Origin: Vitrella brassicaformis CCMP3155 | Lineage: Eukaryota; Protista; Chromerida | Direction: 5' to 3' | NCBI GenBank assembly: GCA_001179505.1 | Contig: CDMY01000571.1 | Coordinates: 62,001-126,000, forward strand | DNA: 64,000 nt | Part shown: positions 59,676 through 64,000 of the stretch, in pieces | Position numbering within the stretch: position 1 is the stretch's first letter | Layout: every line of letters starts with the position of its first letter | Position numbers and translations under genes: made by a program | Notes under the pieces: model-generated | Database searches by the model: none | Seen by the model: the letters and a program-made list of their open reading frames with translations, nothing else | Told to the model about the DNA's origin: nothing

Positions 59676-61668
59676 ATGCATCGTGTCGGGCCGCACCAGC
59701 GATTTATGGTGCTGGAGGTCATCGGCTCGGGCTCGTTCTCCACCGTCTACCGCGGCTTTGACACCGTGACGAAAGACGAGGTGGCCATCAAGATGGTCAG
59801 CGGATGAGATCAGAGATGCGCCGTCGGCTGCCGCAGACCTCGGTCTTTGTTTGTTTACAGGAGCCGAAGAGCATCAAGATCCCTCTCCTTGCGCACGAGA
59901 GTAGGGTTTATCGCAACCTCGCCACATCCGACGGTCAGCCCAACAGCCAGCCAACAAAAGCCGCCGCCACCATCTCCCCTCCCTCTCTCCTTATCTGTAT
60001 CTCTGTGTGCTGTCTTTCTCGCGTCTGTCTGTCTGCAGCGCCGATAGCAGCGGTGCCGCGTGTGTACTGGTATGGCGAGGAGGGCGAGTACAGCGTGCTG
60101 GTGCTGGAGCGGCTGGGCCCCTCCCTCGACCACCTGCTGATGCACCTGACCATGCGGCAGGGGCGGCAGGCCATGTCCCTCAAGACCGTCCTCATGATTG
60201 CTGACCAAGTGGTATGAATGGGAGCCACTAACACATTCCAATGGACGGATGGATGGATGCGTGTGTATGGCCTCTCTTGCCTCATCAGTTGGAAGCTCTG
60301 AGGTGTGTGCATCGCAACGGCTACGTGTACCGCGACATCAAGCCCGAAAACTGCCTCATCGGGATGCGCGGCCAGGCTCACGTAGGGACCAACCGCCACC
60401 CCATTGCGCATCATTCAGCTGATATGCCATGGCATGGCATGATTGGCCTCCCTCTTGCCCTTTGTCTGTCGGTTGCAGCGTGTGTATATTGTGGACTACG
60501 GCCTGGCGAAGCGCTACGTCGATGTGTGTCGTATGGGGCAGCATGTGCCGATGAGGGAGGGCAAGAAGCTGGTGGGGACGGCCATCTTCGCCAGCCTCAA
60601 CAACCACATGGGCAGGGAGTGCAGCAGACGGTCGGGGGCTTATACACACACACATACACACACACACAGAGGGATGGGAGATGGGGGGTGTGAGGCATGC
60701 GTGTGTGTGGATGTTTGTGTGCAGTGACGACGTGGAGTCGCTAGGCTTCATGCTGACGTACCTGGCGATGGGCAAGCTGCCATGTGAGGAGGACAAGAAG
60801 CCCAAAGGATGCATGTGTCTGTGTGTGAGTGTGTGAGTGTGTTATAAATGTGTGTGGTGTGGTGTGCAGGGATGGACGTAGCCGTAGATGACCGACTAGA
60901 GCTGTACGACGCCATCAAGAGGGGCAAGATAGAGTGCGGCATCACACATCTCTGCGCGTCGCTGCCAGGTACACCCACACATAAGCCACGCAGACGGCAT
61001 TAGTGTGTGGCTTTCTCCCTCCCTCCCTCTGTCTGTCTGTCTACACACACACTACAGATGAGTTTGCGGCCTGGTTCCACCACTGCCGCGCGCTGAGCTT
61101 CGCGCAGCAGCCCGACTACGCCTACCTCAAACAGCTCATACTCAGGTGCTTCATCAGGTCAGTCAACTGATCAGAGACAAGAAAGACCAAGTGACAGACA
61201 CACAACACACACTCGAATGGCACTCGCTCTTGGGTTCTTCCTCCTGTTTTTTTTCAGGCATCAGCTGCACTTTGACCGCCTATACGACTGGAGCAGAGCA
61301 CTGGTACGCAGCCAGTGGCCTCCTCGCCGTGAATCAAAGCAATGCATGTCTGTCTGTCTGTCTTTTGTCATCAGTCGCCCCAGCAGCGCCCCTTCTCCAT
61401 GTCTCTGTGCGACGTAGAGCACCGGGGATTTGACTGGACCACACCCCCACCACCCACACCAGCAGCAGCAGCAGCATCCGCCTCATCCCCACACACCACA
61501 ACAGCGACAGAGGACACGAACAACCAGCCGCACAAACGCCCCCGCCCCCTGCCGGCCCCTCCGTCCCAGATCCTGCCGACCACCCCGTCACCTCAGGCAG
61601 CCGTAGCGATGGACGGAGGGGAGAGCCCACCAGACTGTGGGTGGGGCGGCGGGTTGACATGGGGGTGA
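59676..61668 (+). CDS. Casein kinase 1 family protein kinase (divergent), multi-exon
   Basis: [87 protein letters not shown]. Start and 3' end are tentative. Confidence 0.9.
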
Positions 61669-61685
61669 CGGGGACAAATCGTGGC

Positions 61686-61720
<35 letters not shown>

Positions 61721-62076
61721 TGTGTAGCTGCTGCCTCATGGATGGATGGATGGATGTGCACGTGTGCGTGGTAGTCGGTGGTCTGATGCTTGTAAAGAGG
61801 GAGACTCGCGTGGTGTGTAGATCGAGCCAGCCACGGTCGTGAAAGCAATCTTGATGCGTGAGGACATTCATTGGTCGAGTCACGTCAACACATGTTTGTA
61901 TGCACCATTCACAAAGGGCGTGTCAGCGGTTCCCGCTGCACCCTCTCTCTCTAACACAGCACACACATGAGGCAAAAGTCGCCTCAAATCACAATCACAC
62001 ACACGTCGCATCCATCACACAGCCAGCCATAGAAGCCGCTATCAGCAGCTGGTGCAACCAGCAGCCCTTCGTCTGC

Positions 62077-62900
62077 TCATGCCTCATCAGGCGGGGCCTC
62101 CTCAACGCCCTCGCCGAGTTTGAAGATCTTGAAGTCCTTAACCTTGATGGGGCCGCCCACCTCGCCCTCGGCATCCTTGAGCACCTTGGACACCTTCCTC
62201 TTCGTGTCGTCCAACATCCACTCCTGCACCGACACACCACACACACACACACAGGCAGACAGAGGGGCATCATCGATTTGTGTGAGTGTGCCAGCTATGT
62301 GACTCGGCTCGGCTGACCTGTTCGGTGAGGACGACTTGTTCGTAGAATTTGCGCAGTCGCCCCTCGACCATTTTGTCGATGATCTCCTCGGGCTTGCCGC
62401 TCTCGCGCGCCTGCTCCTTGAGCACCGCCCGCTCCTTCTCCAACTTGGAGACATCCAAGCCGCCCACATCCTGACCACAACACACGACCCGCAAGTGCCC
62501 ATGCATCCTCTCCCTCTTCTGTGTGACTTTGCTTACCACTGACTCAGGCCTAGCCACCGAGATGTGCATGGCGACCGTCTGGCCGACCTCTCTCAGCTTG
62601 GCCTTGTCGCCGCCCGACTCGAGAGCCACCAACACGCCGATCTGGCCCATGTTGCCACTCAGCGGATTGTGCAGGTAAGTCGCAACCACCCCATCTGCGC
62701 CATCAAGGCTCACGCCGGCCGACCGACGCAAGTCGAGCTTCTCGCCAATGACGCCTGTAAGTGCGGGCACCTCCTGCTCAACGGTCTTGCCCTCTGTGCC
62801 CTCTGGGTATTCCGCCGCCTTGAGAGCGGCGAAGTCGCCCCCCTTGTCAAAGGCGATGTCGGCACAGGTGAGGGCGAACTTCTGGAACTGCTCGTTCCTC

Positions 62901-62931
<31 letters not shown>

Positions 62932-63328
62932 CGAGCACCCCCTTGGCGTCGTCGGCCTTGACCACCACCAGGCCCTCAGATGCCTTGCGCCCCGCCCGCT
63001 TAGCGGCCGCAGCCAGCCCCTTCTTCTTGAGAATGTCCAGGGCGGCTTCCATGTCGCCCTCTGTGTCTGTCAGCGCCTTCTTGCAGTCCATCATGCCCGC
63101 GCCGGTCTTCTCGCGAAGCTCCTTGACCAATGTCGCTGACACAGCTGCCATCTGCAGGGACGTTGCTGCTGATCTTGGTGCTCGCCTCAGCTGCCTCAGC
63201 TGCTGCAGAGGCCCTGCATGTGTTGTGAGCGGCTGGGTGGAGGGGGAAAGGGGCAGCGGGCGAAGCTGGAAGCATTGGGAGGGCGTAAAGGCCAGCAGAA
63301 TCGTCGGCAGCAAGAAGAGGCGCTTCAT
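62077..63328 (-). CDS. tsf: Organellar translation elongation factor Ts with bipartite (signal + transit) presequence
   Basis: [50 protein letters not shown]-terminal [24 protein letters not shown] followed by a Ser/Arg-rich transit region. Three introns. Confidence 0.95.
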
Positions 63329-63526
63329 CAACGATGCTGCCGGCAAGAGATGAAGACACTTCATTACGTAGACCACGGTCAGAGCAGATCTGAACGAGAT
63401 CTGGCACACCCTGAGGCAGACAAGTCAGCACCAGCCTCTGCCAGCCTCTCAGACCGTCGGGGACCGTTCGTGGTCAGTGCGCGCTGTTCATGCGATCCTC
63501 ATCTGCAAGCTTATCACGCATTCACC
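63329..63526. promoter_or_regulatory. Candidate 198-bp bidirectional promoter
   Basis: Short non-coding gap between two divergently oriented ATGs. Function is inferred from position only. Confidence 0.5.
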
Positions 63527-64000
63527 ATGAAGCGCCTCATGCTCTCGACGATTCTTCCCCTGTTGCTGTCCCTTACACCCTCCCAGTGCTTCCAGCTTCG
63601 CCCCTTGCCCCCCTCCCCCTCCCTCTCCCAGATCAGCCCATCGCACTCATCAGCCCTAAGGCGTCATGCGCCACCTACCGGCCCTCTCACCCTTGCGCAC
63701 GCCGCCGTCACAGCAGATCTGGCGGAGAAGGTGTCAGCGGAGCTCGGCCGGCCTGAGGGCATGTCTGAGGAGGAGTTCCATCGGATGCTGGAGAGCGAGT
63801 CGAATGACATCGAGTACGGCGTGGCTGTCATGGTGGGCGGCATGACGCGCGAGCAGTTCGCGACCTTCAAGGACCTCATCCTGACTTTCTGGGAGGATGA
63901 GTCGCTCAAGGGTGCAGCTGGTGGTGCGGGAGATGACATGGGCGAGTGGGTGCTGGTCCACGACCTGCCTGTCGCGCGGATCACCAAGCGGATGCTCGTC
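63527..64000 (+). CDS. 3'-truncated putative plastid-targeted protein (not in the ORF track because it runs off the edge)
   Basis: Open from ATG 63527 to the window end: [35 protein letters not shown]...GVAVMVGGMTREQFATFKDLI...LPVARITKRMLV. Mature part is faintly DUF3783-like (unverified). Confidence 0.75.
   Translation, partial: MKRLMLSTILPLLLSLTPSQCFQLRPLPPSPSLSQISPSHSSALRRHAPPTGPLTLAHAAVTADLAEKVSAELGRPEGMSEEEFHRMLESESNDIEYGVAVMVGGMTREQFATFKDLILTFWEDESLKGAAGGAGDDMGEWVLVHDLPVARITKRMLV

Noticed and set aside
1-64000. rRNA, tRNA or a prokaryotic operon/defence island
   Set aside because: No conserved rRNA or tRNA signatures seen by eye, and the genes have spliceosomal introns. A tRNAscan/Infernal run would be needed to exclude small RNAs.

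Overview
GC-rich, intron-dense eukaryotic genomic DNA with short GT-AG introns full of (TG)n, (TCTG)n, (GGAT)n and (GA)n microsatellites. The gene families and an ER-signal-plus-Phe plastid presequence suggest an alveolate alga with a complex plastid, most like Vitrella (inference, not a database match). Recognisable genes: VPS54, an alpha/beta hydrolase, a 2OG-Fe(II) oxygenase, a GAF-HPP fusion membrane protein, a DIX-like + auxilin-type J protein, two TDP1 paralogs, a TauE/SafE transporter, a divergent casein kinase 1 and an organellar EF-Ts. Between them lie lineage-specific ankyrin and F-box-like families, many disrupted, a ~10 kb patchwork of decayed duplications, and a 103-bp tandem array. 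I found no rRNA, tRNA, CRISPR array or transposase. Best leads: (1) the head-to-head pair at 63.2-63.6 kb shares an inverted-duplicated plastid-targeting presequence; (2) the EF-Ts carrying it looks alphaproteobacterial/mitochondrial rather than cyanobacterial; (3) the GAF-HPP fusion has Cys-Pro-Pro in place of His-Pro-Pro. Exon boundaries were read by eye and are approximate.
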